From positions 3,162,001-3,226,000 of the forward strand of contig CATOCA020000001.1 in assembly GCA_951406725.2 (NCBI GenBank): 64,000 nt of DNA, written 5' to 3'. Positions 39,704-53,693 of the stretch are shown here, piece after piece. Under the pieces are notes generated by a model. It was not told where the DNA came from and did no database searches. It saw only the letters and a list, made by a program, of their open reading frames with translations. The position numbers and the translations under genes were made by a program. Numbering within the stretch: position 1 is the stretch's first letter; each line of letters starts with the position of its first letter. This DNA comes from Octopus vulgaris (Eukaryota).

Positions 39704-39709
39704 AATAAA
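39704..39709 (+). promoter_or_regulatory. Candidate polyadenylation signal
   Basis: First AATAAA, ~170 bp after the stop at 39532. Confidence 0.35.
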
Positions 39710-40033
39710 ATATTAATGAACTAGAAACAGTGTATGTATTCCACTGGAATAGCGTCTCACCCCCCCCCCCCACACACAATAACGACATTATCTGATTCAA
39801 TTTGTTACTCTTATATGTTAACAATCTTATAAAAGAAACAAAATCTCCATTTAAATTCTTATATTGTCTCACCTTGTCGTTTTTCCTCTCAACAAATCTT
39901 TCAAATGTTTTTTTTTCTTTATTTGAATATATTTTATATATTTAACCCTAATTTAAAGATAATGCTTAATCTTAGAAAGTTAGTTTGAATTAATCACAAA
40001 ATTATATTCATAAACCAATGCTCGAAATATATA

Positions 40034-40415
40034 TCTCTCTATATATAAACGGCAGTTTGTCTGTGTGTGTTTCTGTGTGTCTGTTTTCTTGTACCCTCAC
40101 CCTGACCACGGCTTTCAACCGATTCTGATGAAACTTGACACACACATAGCCCAATGTCATAATTCAAAACTAACGCAGCGGAAATTTTGAAAAGTTCCCC
40201 CAGTTCTGAAAAAAATCGGTAAATTCGACATGGGGTCGAGAATCAGAAACACAAATTGCAAACTGTCTAGGGGACGCAACTCCACCTTTTTTAACTAAAA
40301 AAAAATTTACCATCATTTTTTTCCATCTTTTTGCTGTTTTTTGGCTATAACTCTCTAAAAATGCTTTATAGTTATTTACCTTACAAACCTGAGCAACGCC
40401 GGGCGATACTGCTAG
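40034..40415 (+). mobile_element. Non-autonomous Helitron-like element
   Basis: 5' TC, 3' acctgagcaacgccgggcgatactgCTAG, inserted between A and T; identical 3' end at 61381-61409. Confidence 0.75.
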
Positions 40416-42199
40416 TTACATTGTAAAGCTACGGCAGAACATATTCTAAAATATATATTACATCATACGTTATAGAGCTGTGTGATTCATCTCAATGTAA
40501 ATAAATAATATATTATTCAACAAAAAGAAGTTCTTTTCCTGATTTTCTTATTTTTAAAAACTGTTTTGATATTAATGGGGTTTGATATGTCTAGTTTACA
40601 AATCTTTTATACTATTTCAGCATGTCACAGAGAGAATCTGTTCCAAATATTTTGTTGTAATTTCGATGAAGAGCAGCCGTTCTAAATGTTCCGTGGCAAC
40701 ACAGAAGAACTTGGTAAGGACTACCACAGATCTTCATTGTAGATTTAGACAAGATCGATATTAGCTGTGCGGGTATAATTTGTAGAGACTGCATGGAATC
40801 AGGCATTGCATTGGCCACCTGTCTGAAATATGTTTACAACAACATTAAGTTCATTTGCGGATGCACGCACACAAACACACACACACACACATCCGCAAAC
40901 ATACATACACAGGCATACAAACACACACCGACACATATATACACAGTGTTTGTTCTAAAGAGGATTAAATTTGATCCGTTTGTGTAAGAAACGATGGTCA
41001 GGCTATTAGAGAAACCCAACTTAGAATCTCAGACGTTCCCACCGATCATAATGGGTCTCAATTAAAAAATGCGTGTGTGTGTGTGTGTGTGTGTGTACAT
41101 ACATATATACATATGTACAAGTACACACATCGCACATGCCATTCTCTTTGTCATCATTTAACGTCTACTTTTCCATGCTCGCATGGGTCAGACAGAATTT
41201 ATTGAGGTAGATTTTCTATAGCTGGACGCAATTGCTGCTTCCAACTCTCACCTGTTCCCAAGCACGCCAATATTTTCCGACGGCCGGACATCACTTGTAT
41301 TGATGGTAAGGCCGTTTTTAGTCATCACATGATATCAAGTACACACATGATGAGCTTCTTTCAGTTTACGTTTACTAAATCCACATACAAATCCTTTGGT
41401 TAACCTTTGACCTAAAGGAGAAGATAAATAGCCCAAGTTACCGTGAAGTGGGACTGAACTCGCGACCACATACTTAGGAAGAAAGCTTTTGAACCACACA
41501 ACCATGGGTTATCAATCTTCTGAAGGTCATCATTTACTGTTTCGAAACCAATTCTATGCCCTATAGCTGAAATCCCCTTTTTCACAAAACTGAATCGCTT
41601 CAAATTGGTTGAAAAGGGTCAGTGCTCCGATACATTTCAAAATACTAAACTTCATTCAGAGAATTAGCGTAGATGAGATGCAGCTTTTGTTTTATGCCAA
41701 GGAGAAATACTACTGAGGCTCAGTTTCAAGCAAGGCAAGAACAGGGATTGGTTGGACAGAGCTCTCTGACCTACTGTCCGTAACATCCCACCAACACCAG
41801 TCTGAAAGAGATAAGCTGGACATTCCTAGGATGATGTTGATGACTATGATGATGGTGAAGAAAGAGAATTGGTTGAGTAATATAGGAAATCTTCATCTTT
41901 CAAGTTGGTATGACATTGTGTTTGAATGACCCTCCAACTTTTTGCTGAATAATGATTATAGAAACAGGTTTCTATATAAGGGAGTTATGCTGAGCTGGGG
42001 GGTCACCGGTTTCCCTGTACACTGAGGTCATCAGGGAATCAAGGAAATTAAAGCCGGTCCTGACTGCCTTGGGGCTGTATTTATTCAACATCTATTTGTA
42101 TCATTGGAAGCCTAAGATGAGAATGTAGTCTTTACGTGTAGCAGATGTCCAGGTTCTTTAAACACTAGGAACGCGCAAAAGATAGACTCCCTCAAAAGT

Positions 42200-42790
42200 C
42201 AGGAGGACCCTTAGAAGTAGCAGATTGTTTGCTTAGGTGGCCAAGTTGAATGTTGTGGAGTGAGGTTGTTCCAAAAGCATAACTGCTTGAATAAGAATAG
42301 GCTGGGCAAAGTTCTGAGAGCTACTACATCTGTTAGTGACGATAGATCACTCACTCTGAGTGAAATGCAGATTGTATGATGCCTATGTACGAACAGCTGC
42401 GCTACATGATTGTGAAACATTGGCTGTGACTAGTGAAGATATGCGAAGGCTTGAAACAAATAAAGCCAGTATGCTCCGCTGGATGAGTAATATCAGTGAG
42501 CGTATACAACAGTTTGTAAGTGATTTGAGAGAAGGACTGTGTATACGAGGCATTAGATGTAGTGTGCAAGAGAGAAGACTGCGCTGGTATGATCATGTAA
42601 TGAGTATGAATGAAAACTCTCTCATCAAAAGGTGCTGATCTCTAATTGTGAAGGAAACACTGCGGAAGGAGTAGGCCCAAGAAAACGTGGAACAAAATGG
42701 GGAGAAAGGATCTTCAGACGTTGGGTCTCACAGAAGGGATGACAAGGACCGAGACACAGGACGGTTTGCTATGCTTGAGAAAAGACGTCA
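42200..42790 (+). mobile_element. RTE-type LINE 3' ORF fragment
   Basis: RLYDAYVRTAALHDCETLAV...MLRWM...QERRLRWYDHV...GRPKKTW...KDL. Confidence 0.8.
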
Positions 42791-43489
42791 GGCGAAGTAA
42801 AATCGTGGTTGATCTTGCATATAGGCATGTCCCCTGCATCTCTTTTAAGCTGAGCGTACCTAGTCTTGTGCGCTCGTGGAGGCTGGTGCAATGTAAAATT
42901 CAGCCTCACTGGTGCCACATCAACACAATCAGAACACTCTATAAACTGGCTGACGTTGGAAATGGTATCCAGACGTTAGAAAAAGGATCCACTCAAGCGG
43001 TGATCTGCTGTCATTCCGCTTACCATCGCTGTCCAATGATATAAAAAACAAACAATCTTGCGGCTACCCTTTCATTGGACGAGGTGAAAACCATCGTTAG
43101 TTTACGATTAGTGATATTGTTCAGAGAGACTTGCTTAAGAGAACAGCTACTACAATGCGCTGTGTCTTTCGAAAGACATGAACCAGCATCCGAGGTGTAG
43201 TGTAGCTCGGTGTAAAGAACTTAGAAGTATCCGACGACATCGGCGACACGAATCACTCGGCAAATGATCAAAACTGAACGGTGCCGGCAAAGATGGATCC
43301 CACCACCAAAATATACATCCTCTTGTTTCATGACGTCAACATGTGTGTCTATCTGTCTAAGTCTCCCTGGAAGTCGAACCGAAACTAGGGCCGTTTCACC
43401 GACTTTCTCCAGTGAGTTTCTGACTGCTAGCTTTGTTCGGTGTGTCCGTCTTATAGCTTTGTTGTCATGTTTCCCAAATGACGCTAGAC

Positions 43490-44280
43490 GAAAAGAGAAA
43501 ACCGCGACTTACGAGGAAAGAAAAGAGAGAGAGAGAGAGAAAGAAAGAGAGAAAGAAAGAGAGATAGAAAGGTAGAGAAAAAAGAGTGCGAAAAGGAAAA
43601 CTAAAAGAGTGAAAGAAAGAAAGAAAAACACAGAAACAAAGGAAGAAAGAAAGAAAGAGGAAAGAATAGTAGAAAGAAGAAAAGAAAGGAAGTATGAAAT
43701 GAGGAAGGAAATAAAACAAAGAAAGAAGAGAAAGAAAGAAGGAAATAAAGAAAGAATGGAAAAAAGAAAGGAAGAATAAACAAAAGGCGAAGTTATTTTG
43801 CGAAGGAGAAAATAAGATTGATAACAAATGAGACAGAGAATGAAAGAAAGAAAGAGATAAGAAAGAAGGAAAGGAAGAAGGGAGAAAGTAAAGAAGGAAA
43901 GAAAGAAAAAAGAGAGAAAGAATAAAAGAAAGAAAGAAAGAAAGGAGGAGATAAGAAAGAAGGAAATAAAGAAAAACTGACAGAAAGACAGAAAGAAGGA
44001 AGAAAGAACCAAAGAAACAGAGATAGAAAGATAGAAGATGGAAAATAGAAAAAAAGAAAGGAAGAAGGAAGGAAAGAAGGACTGAAAAAAGGCAGATAAA
44101 CTGAAAGAAAGAAAGAAGGAAGAAAGAAAGCAAGTTATATTGAAAGATAGAAGGAAGAAAAGAGAAAAAAGAATGAATGAATAAAAGAAAAAAGGAAGGA
44201 AATAAGGAATGAACGAGATTGAAAGAAATAGGATGTGATGATGGAATAAAGAGAAGGATGAGATGGAAGAGATTATCCCA
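43490..44280 (+). repeat. Polypurine (GA/GAAA) low-complexity tract
   Basis: Directly visible. Confidence 0.9.
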
Positions 44281-44834
44281 GACGGGGCAAAGATAATTCC
44301 TCTTATGACACCCCGTTCTTCTTTTCAACTGAATTACTTTCGGTTGGGTTAAATCGAATCTGTGTCTCTGCGAAGACTTCAGAAAACTGCCAAATATGAT
44401 TGAATGGAAATAAGAGATCGAACTGATTATAAAAGGCAAATAAGTTTTGGGAAGAGGAAACTATTGTTTTATTTAAATCTTATATTTTTTACTGGTTTCA
44501 GTAATTCGACTGCGGCCATGCTGGGGCACCGTTTTGATGAATTACCCCTCTAGATTTTTCTTTTATAATTATGCATACTACTTCTAGTAACGGTGTCTTT
44601 TGCCAAACGGCTATACCACAAGGACGTAAACAAAGAAACACTGGTTGTCAAGCGGGGTGGCTTCTCAAACGCAAACACAAAGACACACGCGCACAAACAT
44701 ACAAGCACAAACACATAAGTATGTATGTATATATGTATACGACGGGCTTTTTTCCGTTTCCATCTACCAAATACACTCACGATATTCTGATGGGGCAGAG
44801 GTTATAGTAGAAGGGCATCTTTTGAAGCTGTTTA

Positions 44835-45690
44835 TTTAATTGCAAGAGATAAAAGAAATCCCAAACAACATCGGCGAAGAACTTGTATTAGCAGCAGCAA
44901 TGAAAACATCAATAATTATTCATTGAAATAACATGCAGATGAAGCAAGTTAGTCTGCGAAATGATAATGTTGGTATTTGTATTTCAGAAATGAATAATGA
45001 TTAATTGGAGTAAATTATGCGAAGGTTTTTAAACAACGTCTCTAAACATGCAATTCAATTAGATGAAGCAAGTAAAATTACAAACTATAGTAATATAGAA
45101 TAGGGTCCAGGAAGATTGGTTCGTTAGATGGAGACTTTGTAGCTAAAAGTAGACGATAGAACTAGGCCTTGGATGGTATAAATGTAATGTAGTATGTAAT
45201 AAAGATGCAGAAGCTATGATAAGGAGGGAAATTGGGGTTCAAGTTAAATTTGTAAGATAAAAACCCTATTTCTGTCACTTATTGCAATCTTCACTGAGAG
45301 GTGTTGGTTTCTCAGAAAATATTTCCAGATACTTTTGCAATATTACAAGAAGCGGTTAAAATTATTAACGTTATTAAAATTCTTGTTCTCAATAGTTTCC
45401 TCTTCTTTGACGAAATGGCATCCAATTTCAGCAAAGTTTTATGAAGAACAGAAGTGTGATGAATCTGAAATGGAAAAGATTTGAAACAATTGTTTGAACT
45501 TTAAGAAAATGAAGACATAATATTCCTGCTGGGATTAAATTCAGATTTGTTCCACAATGAAGATTCGTTATACAAATTATTCTATTTGTCAGACATTTTT
45601 GGACAACTTAATAAACGCAATATGTCTGTACAAAAGGGAAAACACTGACATTTCTTATTTAAATAAAAGATTCAAGCTTTCATTTAAGAC
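44835..45690 (+). mobile_element. Degenerate hAT (Charlie/Buster-type) transposase fragment
   Basis: Collinear broken motifs IGEELVLAAA, AIQLDE, C.LH.EVL, LQEAVKIINVIK, TEV....GK....LFEL and YLSDIFGQLNK. Confidence 0.75.
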
Positions 45691-46472
45691 AAATGAAACA
45701 CATGGTTGATCGTAAAGACGGATGCCACTTCCCCGCAGCTGAATTTCGTCGAGATACCTGTGCATCTGTCTCAATCTTCCACCACCGACCAGATATTTCT
45801 GCCGTCGACCTACATGCTGTTAACAATGGGAACCGGCTTCTTACACATTTTAAGCCGTTGATTCTTCAAGGGGTCGAGGCTTAGGGTACATGTCAGCTGC
45901 AGATGGACAGCTACTTTCTCTGTCATTGTCGGTCTTAGGTCAGGTGAGGAGGATTCTGATGGTTGGGTAGGGCTGCAACATAACCCTCAGAGAGAAAGAA
46001 AGAAAGAATTAGAGAATGAGAGAGAGAGAGAGAGAAATGTTAGTGAGGAAAAGAGACGACTCAGATGGTGTTTGGATTTGACGGTAATGTCCCACCGACA
46101 CGCACAGATGCGGGAGAGGACATCCGAGAAGCTTTCCGACTGGAACAGCGATTTCCAGCAGAAGACCCGTCCTGGGAAGGCAGCCATTCTCACAGATGTG
46201 TGCGACGCACCGAATTTATTTCCTCATAACTCCCCGACAAACAGACATTATTTAATTAAATTTTCTGTAAATACGCTTCAGATGGTGATCATTCTGATTA
46301 TATCGGAATTTGTAGCGGAAAGATGAGTTTCGTAAAATTCACACGAATTGTCTGTGTTTGCTCAGAACTTTAACAAAAATCGGATATTTTCTAAGGTAAT
46401 TTTCTACAAATACGTTACAGTGCGTGTAAAATGCGATTGTATTGGAATTTAATGTGGAAAGTAAAAATAAGA

Positions 46473-46521
<49 letters not shown>

Positions 46522-48104
46522 ACGCACATCACAATTTTCTTTTGTCGATATGTGACCTGTTGTTCTCTGTATCTGTAATAATCCACCAAATTAATTTTCT
46601 CATATTCATTTCCGATATAATTGTAATCGACACACTCTGAAAGGCATTTATAGAAAATTCCATTAAAAATTTACTAATTTTCTGAAATTGTGAAAAAAGC
46701 CAGACGCCTTGTGTGAATTTTCCAAAACTCCCCACATCGAAGAAGGAAAAATGTTTTCATCAAATATTCCGATATAATCGCAATTTACAGCATCAGAAGC
46801 TCAGTTTTAGAAAATATAGTTTAAAATCTCCATTTTCTGGAAGCTCTGAGGCAGGAAATTCGGGTGTCAAACATCTGAAGCAATACCGAAAGGCATTCAA
46901 TATCTTCTCACTGAACTCCTTCATAACCGTCGAGATGCGTCAATTTCCGTCGATTTCCGTTCTCGTAGCTGTTTCCCCGCAACACAGCTCCGTCACACAT
47001 CCATGGGACCGGCCTGCGATGAGTAAAAACAGTGTGTCGAGATGTTTCGGTGCTAGAGGCGTCGTCACTATGAGCTGAATTGTTCTCCGTTAGATGGCAT
47101 TCAGTTGTTTCCTGTTCTATTCTCATCACTTCCGGTCTGTTCCCTTTCCTTCTCGAAGTTTACTTTCACATTTTTGCAGCTTAAAATAGGACGACAACCA
47201 GTGCACGGCTGCACTAAACTGCACTTTCATTGCATATTCTTGCTCCCTTCTCTTTGTAGTGGACAGTCAATGGCTAATCTTTGCAGTTATCTGACCAAAT
47301 GCCAATTATAAAATAGAAACTATTAGATTGAGGGAAATGTCTGTGCGTCGTGTTAAAATAATGATTATTTTATGCAAGAATTTATTCAAAAGCAACAAAT
47401 ATTCTTCAAAATAAAGACCAAACGCACGAACTTTTTCCTCAACTTAATAAATAAATTTTGAAGCAATTAAAGAAATCAGAGGTTTCATTTAGTATGCGAT
47501 GTTTGGCTGCTATTTCTAGCAGCTGCCTCCACAATAGGTGCAGGGTGCAGTGTGAAGATTACGAGGAGGAAATTAAGGGCTAAGAATTGCAATATTAAAC
47601 CCTTCGATCTATTATTTACATTCAATCATTTTTGGAAATCTTCAAATTCTGCGCAAGAAAAAAATAGAATTTAAAGCGAAAAGGGATTCAATAAGAGTTA
47701 TTGTTCTTACCCTTTCAACGTTGACTCCTCCCACCACTTTGCATAATGTAGACTGACTCCGCCCATTTTGCTTTCTTTGTTAACTCATACCCATCCCCTA
47801 TTACTAAATATATATCGTCCAATAAGCGCGCTCTCCCTCTTTGTCTCTTTCTCTTCGCCTCCCTCTCCCACCTCCTCATATATTACCCAATGCTTCCCCC
47901 TCCCTTGCTTTTCCTCTTAATTCCCTCTGTCTGTACCTCACTGAACCCTTAATGCATTTTCATACTCTTTCTCCCTCCCCTACAAAACATATCCTCCCAC
48001 TTCTCCCTCTTTGTTTCCTTTCTCTCAGAACCTCATTATATATTCATTTTAATCACCGCCCACCTCCCTTGCAAAAGCGTTCACCTCTTCCTCTCCCTCA
48101 CTAA

Positions 48105-48150
<46 letters not shown>

Positions 48151-48629
48151 CATTCTGTCTCTCTCTCTCTCTCTCTCCCACACTCATTCCTTCTCTGCTT
48201 CCTCATACATTAATATATCCCTCCCCTTCCCTAGGGTTTCTCTCTATCACTCTTTCTTCCTTTCTTTCTCTCTCTCTCTCTCACGCATTCTGTCTCTCTC
48301 TCTCTCTCTCCCACTCTCACTCCCACTCTCTGCTTCCTCATACATTAATATATCCCTCCCCTTCCCTAGGCTTTCTCTCTCTCACTCTTTCTTCCTTTCT
48401 TTCTCTCTCTATCTCCCCCACCTCCTTATATCTTTCCCTCTCCCTCTTCCTCTCCTTTTATCCCTAAGAAAACCTACTTTCTTACAAATAAATTATATTT
48501 TCAGATTTACCTTCAAATTTCTCTCTCGCTAATTATTTTACCAGAAGCTAATTATTTAACTAACCATTAATTACATAATTACTGTGTAGTTCTTAATTGA
48601 GCAAATTAAATAGCCGAGACATTGACGGA

Positions 48630-51290
48630 CAATTTAAGAAGCATTTATTCAAAGAATCCTCCTACACCTGGTTTGACATCATGCTAGAAATAACAGCCCA
48701 CTACACTCAAAGTTGCTTTGTTTTTCATACGAAATTGAAAGACAATTTAAGAAGCATTTATAAAACTTTATCCCGGATCTGGTCAGACTTCTTCCTCGAA
48801 TGAGAAACCAAGTGAAGAAGCGTCTATAAAACGTATTGGTGGTCTGTTATCTTGCTAGAAATAACAGCCCACTACACTCAAAGTTGCTTTGTTTTTCATA
48901 CGAAATTGAAAGACAATTTAAGAAGCATTTATAAAACTTTATCCCGGATCTGGTCAGACTTCTTCCTCGAATGAGAAACCAAGTGAAGAAGCGTCTATAA
49001 AACGTATTGGTGGTCTGGCGTCTTGCTAGAAATAACAGCCCACTACATTCAAAGTTGCTTTGTTTTTCATACGAAATTGAAAGACAATTTAAGAAGCATT
49101 TATAAAACTTTATCCCGGATCTGGTCAGACTTCTTCTTCGAATGAGAAACCAAGTGAAGAAGCGTCTATAAAACGTATTGGTGGTCTGTTATCTTGCTAG
49201 AAATAACAGCCCACTACACTCAAAGTTGCTTTGTTTTTCATACGAAATTGAAAGACAATTTAAGAAGCATTTATAAAACTTTATCCCGGATCTGGTCAGA
49301 CTTCTTCCTCGAAGGAGAGACCAAGTGAAGAAGCGTCTATAAAACGTATTGGTGGTCTGTTATCTTGCTAGAAATAACAGCCCACTACACTCAAAGTTGC
49401 TTTGTTTTTTATACGAAATTGAAAGACAATTTAAGAAGCATTTATAAAACTTTATCCCGGATCTGGTCAGACTTCTTCCTCGAATGAGAAACCAAGTGAA
49501 GAAGCGTCTATAAAACGTATTAGTGGTCTGGCGTCTTGCTAGAAATAACAGCCCACTACACTCAAAGTTGCTTTGTTTTTCATACGAAATTGAAAGACAA
49601 TTTAAGAAGCATTTATAAAACTTTTCCCGGATCTGGTCAGACTTCTTCCACGAAGGAGAAACCAAGTGAAGAAGCGTCTATAAAACGTATTGGTGGTCTG
49701 CTATCTTGCTAGAAAAAGTCAGCCCACTACACTCAAAGTTGCTTTGTTTTTCATACGAAATTGAAAGACAATTTAAGAAGCATTTATAAAACTTTTTCCC
49801 GGATCTGATCAGACTTCTTCCTCGAATGATAAACCAAGTGAAGAAGCGTCTATAAAACGTACTGGTGGTCTGTTATCTTGCTAGAAATAACAGCCCACTA
49901 CACTCAAAGTTGCTTTGTTTTTCATACGAAATTGAAAGACAATTTAAGAAGCATTTATAAAACTTTATCCCGGATCTGCTCAGACTTCTTCCTCGAAAGA
50001 GAAACCAAGTGAAGAAGCGTCTATAAAACGTATTGGTGGTCTGGCGTCTTGCTAGAAATAACAGCCCACTACACTCAAATTTGCTTTGTTTTTCATACGA
50101 AATTGAAGGACAATTTAAGAAGCATTTATAAAACTTTTTCCCGGATCTGGTCAGACTTCTTCCTCGAATGAGAAACCAAGTGAAGAAGCGTCTATAAAAC
50201 GTATTGGTGGTCTGTTATCGTGCTAGAAATAACAGCCCACTACACTCAAAGTTGCTTTGTTTTTCATACGAAATTGAAAGACAATTTAAGAAGCATTTAT
50301 AAAACTTTTTCCCGGATCTGGTCAGACTTCTTCCTCGAAGGAGAAACCAAGTGAAGAAGCGTCTATAAAACGTGTTGGTGGTCTGTTATCTTGCTAGAAA
50401 TAACAGCCCACTACACTCAAAGTTGCTTTGTTTTTCATACGAAATTGAAAGACAATTTAAGAAGCATTTATAAAACTTTTCCCGGATCTGGTCAGACTTC
50501 TTCCTCGAATGAGAAACCAAGTGAAGAAGCGTCTATAAAACGTATTGGTGGTCTGTTACCTTGCTAGAAATAACAGCCCACTACACTCAAAGTTGCTTTG
50601 TTTTTCATACGAAATTGAAAGACAATTTAAGAAGCATTTATAAAACTTTTTCCCGGATCTGGTCAGACTTCTTCCTCGAATGAGAAACCAAGTGAAGAAG
50701 CGTCTATAAAACGTATTGGTGGTCTGTTACTTGCTAGAAATAACAGCCCACTACACTCAAATTTGCTTTGTTTTTCATACGAAATTGAAAGACAATTTAA
50801 GAAGCATTTATAAAACTTTTTCCCGGATCTGGTCAGACTTCTTCCTCGAATGAGAAACCAAGTGAAGAAGCGTCTATAAAACGTATTGGTGGTCTGTTAT
50901 CTTGCTAGAAATAACAGCCCACTACACTCAAAGTTGCTTTGTTTTTCATACGAAATTGAAAGACAATTTAAGAAGCATTTATAAAACTTTTTCCCGGATC
51001 TGGTCAGACTTCTTCCTCGAAGGAGAAACCAAGTGAAGAAGCGTCTATAAAACGTATTGGTGGTCAGTTATCTTGCTAGAAATAACTGCTCACTGCACTC
51101 AAACTTGCTTTGTTTTTATACGAAATTGAAAGACAATTTAAGAAGCATTTATAAAACTTTTTCCCGGATCTGGTCAGACTTCTTCCTCGAATGAGAAACC
51201 AAGTGAAGAAGCGTCTATAAAACGTATTGGTGGTCTGTTATCTTGTTAGAAATAACAGCCCACTACGCTATACTTTACATCGTTTTTATG
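48630..51290. repeat. 171-bp satellite, 15 full monomers
   Basis: tgctagaaataacagccc recurs (a few copies with minor variants) at 48682, 48853, 49024, 49195, 49366, 49537, 49707, 49879, 50050, 50221, 50392, 50562, 50732, 50903, 51074 and 51244. Confidence 0.97.
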
Positions 51291-51419
51291 AAGGACACTT
51301 TAAGGAGCTTCTAAGGAAATATAATCCAATTGGGGTTCAAATGTGATGCTAGAAATAACAGCCAAGTATGTTAAAGTTTGGTTTTGTGTTTCATATGAAA
51401 ATGAAGGACACTTCGAAAC

Positions 51420-53140
51420 TCTTCTCTCTCCTTCCTCCTTCTGTATTTATATCTCATCCTTCCCCTCTTCCTTTCTCTAATACATGATAGACTCCCTCTC
51501 TAATCACACACATCATTCCCTCTCCTTCTCTACTCCTCTCCCTCCCCCTCTGTCACTTATTTATGTTATTGCTTAACCCCGCCTCCCTCATCCCTCGTTT
51601 TCTCTCAACTCTTACTCTCCCTCCCTCACAAAGCCTATATCTCATACATCATCTCCGTTTCCTTCCCCCTTCCTCACTTTTTGTCTCTCTCCCTCCCTCT
51701 TTACATACCTCATACTCTCCCTCTCCCTCTTTTGCGCTCCGCTCACGTCACACTCTCCCTCTCTTTCTAAACCTATGTATCATTTTCTGTCTCCCTCCAC
51801 CTCCTTATATTATATTCTCTCATTCTCTTACCTCATTCTTTCCCTCCTTTTCTCCTCCCTTTCCTACTCCCTCTCTTTCTCTATGTCTGTCTCTCTCTTT
51901 CTCCCTCTCGCTTCTTATGTCTCTCTCTCTGTCTCTGTATCTCTCTTTGCCTGTCTCTCTCTTTCTCCCTCTCTCCCTCTCCTTCTCTCTATTACCTTAT
52001 TATATATTAATGCTTCGCCTTTTTACTCTTTCTCTCTCATCTCATACTCCTCCTCTCTTCTTAACATTTATTTCTCTAATCCCTCCTCCTTCCTCCCCCT
52101 CTCTCTCCCTCTCTCTCTTTCTTCTCATCATTTTTACAGAATTACGTCGCCTTCCTCTCTATCTCTCTTTCATTCTTTCTTTCTTTTGTTTCCCTTTACT
52201 TTCTTTCTGTTTTTTCCTTCTTTCTTTCTTTTCTTTCTTTCTTTCTTTCTTCCTTTCTTTCCTACTTTCTTTCTTTTTTCTTTCTTTCTTTCCTTTCTCT
52301 TTCTTTCTTTCTCTTCTTTGTTTCTTTGTTTCTTCTTTCTTCCTTTCTTTCTTTTTCCTTTCCTTCTTATTTCTTTCTTTCTTTCTTTCTTTCCTTTTCC
52401 TTTCATTCTTCTCTCCTTCTTTCATTCATTCTTTCTTTCTTCTTTCTTTCTTTCTTTGCTTCTTTTTCTTCTTTCTTTCTTTCATTCTTTCCTTTCTGTT
52501 TTTCTTTCTTTCTTCCTTCATTTCTCTCATTCTTTCTTTGTTTTCTTCTCGAATTTTCCTTACTTCTTTGTTTTTCTTTCTGTTTTTCATTTCATTCTTC
52601 TTACCCGTCATTCTTGTTTCTTTCCTCGCTCTTATCTTTCCTTCTCCTTTGCTTCTTATCTTTTTCCTCCTTCCTTTTTTTGTCGTTGTTTCGTGTCCTT
52701 TCCTTTTCTCCTTTTTCTCTCTCTCTCTCGCCCTACTCTTATATTTCTCTCCTTCTTTCTTTCATTTTCCTTCTTTCTTTATTTCTTCTTTTTTCCTTCA
52801 TTCTTTGTATTTTTCCTTCTTTCTTTTTCTTTTCTTTCTCCCTTTCTCTCTTTCTTTCTCCCCCCTACTCTTATCTCTTTGTTTATTACGGAATCACTTC
52901 GCTTTCTTTCTTTCTTTCTTCCGCTCTCATTTCATGCATTATTATAGAATCACGTTACTTTATTCCTTCCTTGCTCTTTTCTTTCATTCCTTCTTTTTTC
53001 TCTTTTCTTTCTTCCTTTCTCTCTCTCTCTCTCTCTCTCTTTCATTCTTTCCTTCCTTTTACTCTCTCTCTCTCACTCTCTTTCTTTCCCTTAATCTCAT
53101 TGTTTCCCTCCCTAAACCATTCCGACCTTTATAAAAGAAT
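51420..53140 (+). repeat. Polypyrimidine (CT/CTTT) low-complexity tract; a second tract lies at ~47830-48470
   Basis: Directly visible. Confidence 0.9.
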
Positions 53141-53693
53141 CTCACCTCTCTATTTTCCGGCATCATTCGCGAAACAGCAAGCAAACACCTTGAAATTCCT
53201 AATGTTTTTTTTTTAATAAAAGCAGGACACTTGAGGAGGCGTCTATCAAATATATTGTCCTACAAGTTGTCGGGTAATATGCTAAAAATAATAGATTATA
53301 TTTTGTATTGCTTTTCATGAAGGATTAAAGGAGACTTTAAGAAGCATCCGGAGGAATATTATCCAATTGGTAGTCCTACGTGATGCTAGAAATAACAGCC
53401 AAGTATATCAAAGTTGTCTGTTGTCACTCATATAAAAATTAAAGGTACTCAGAAAATCCTCTCTCTCCCACCCCAGCCGATTTTAATATATCACCCCAAA
53501 TCTAAGCCGAATACCCCTAACCTCTAAGCCACTTGCCTTCACTTCAGCGACCATGCAAACTCTGTGATTATTGCAGGCAGAGTGAAACGAAAAGGTAAGA
53601 ATATATATATGTATTTTAAAGTATATATTTATATTTTGAAAGATTATTTACGTATATTTATTAATTAATTATTCTATTATTGTAGTTTACTTT

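Noticed and set aside
40621-40713. Possible 93-bp exon (tttcag ... gtaagg)
   Set aside because: It lies after the terminal exon and poly(A) candidate, is phase 0, encodes no recognisable peptide and has no partner exons.
48630-51290. CRISPR array
   Set aside because: The whole 171-bp unit repeats with no unique spacers, no cas genes, and a eukaryotic context.
51563-53216. Long hydrophobic F/L/S ORFs (also 43465-44439) as membrane proteins
   Set aside because: Products of CT/GA low-complexity tracts, open in several frames.
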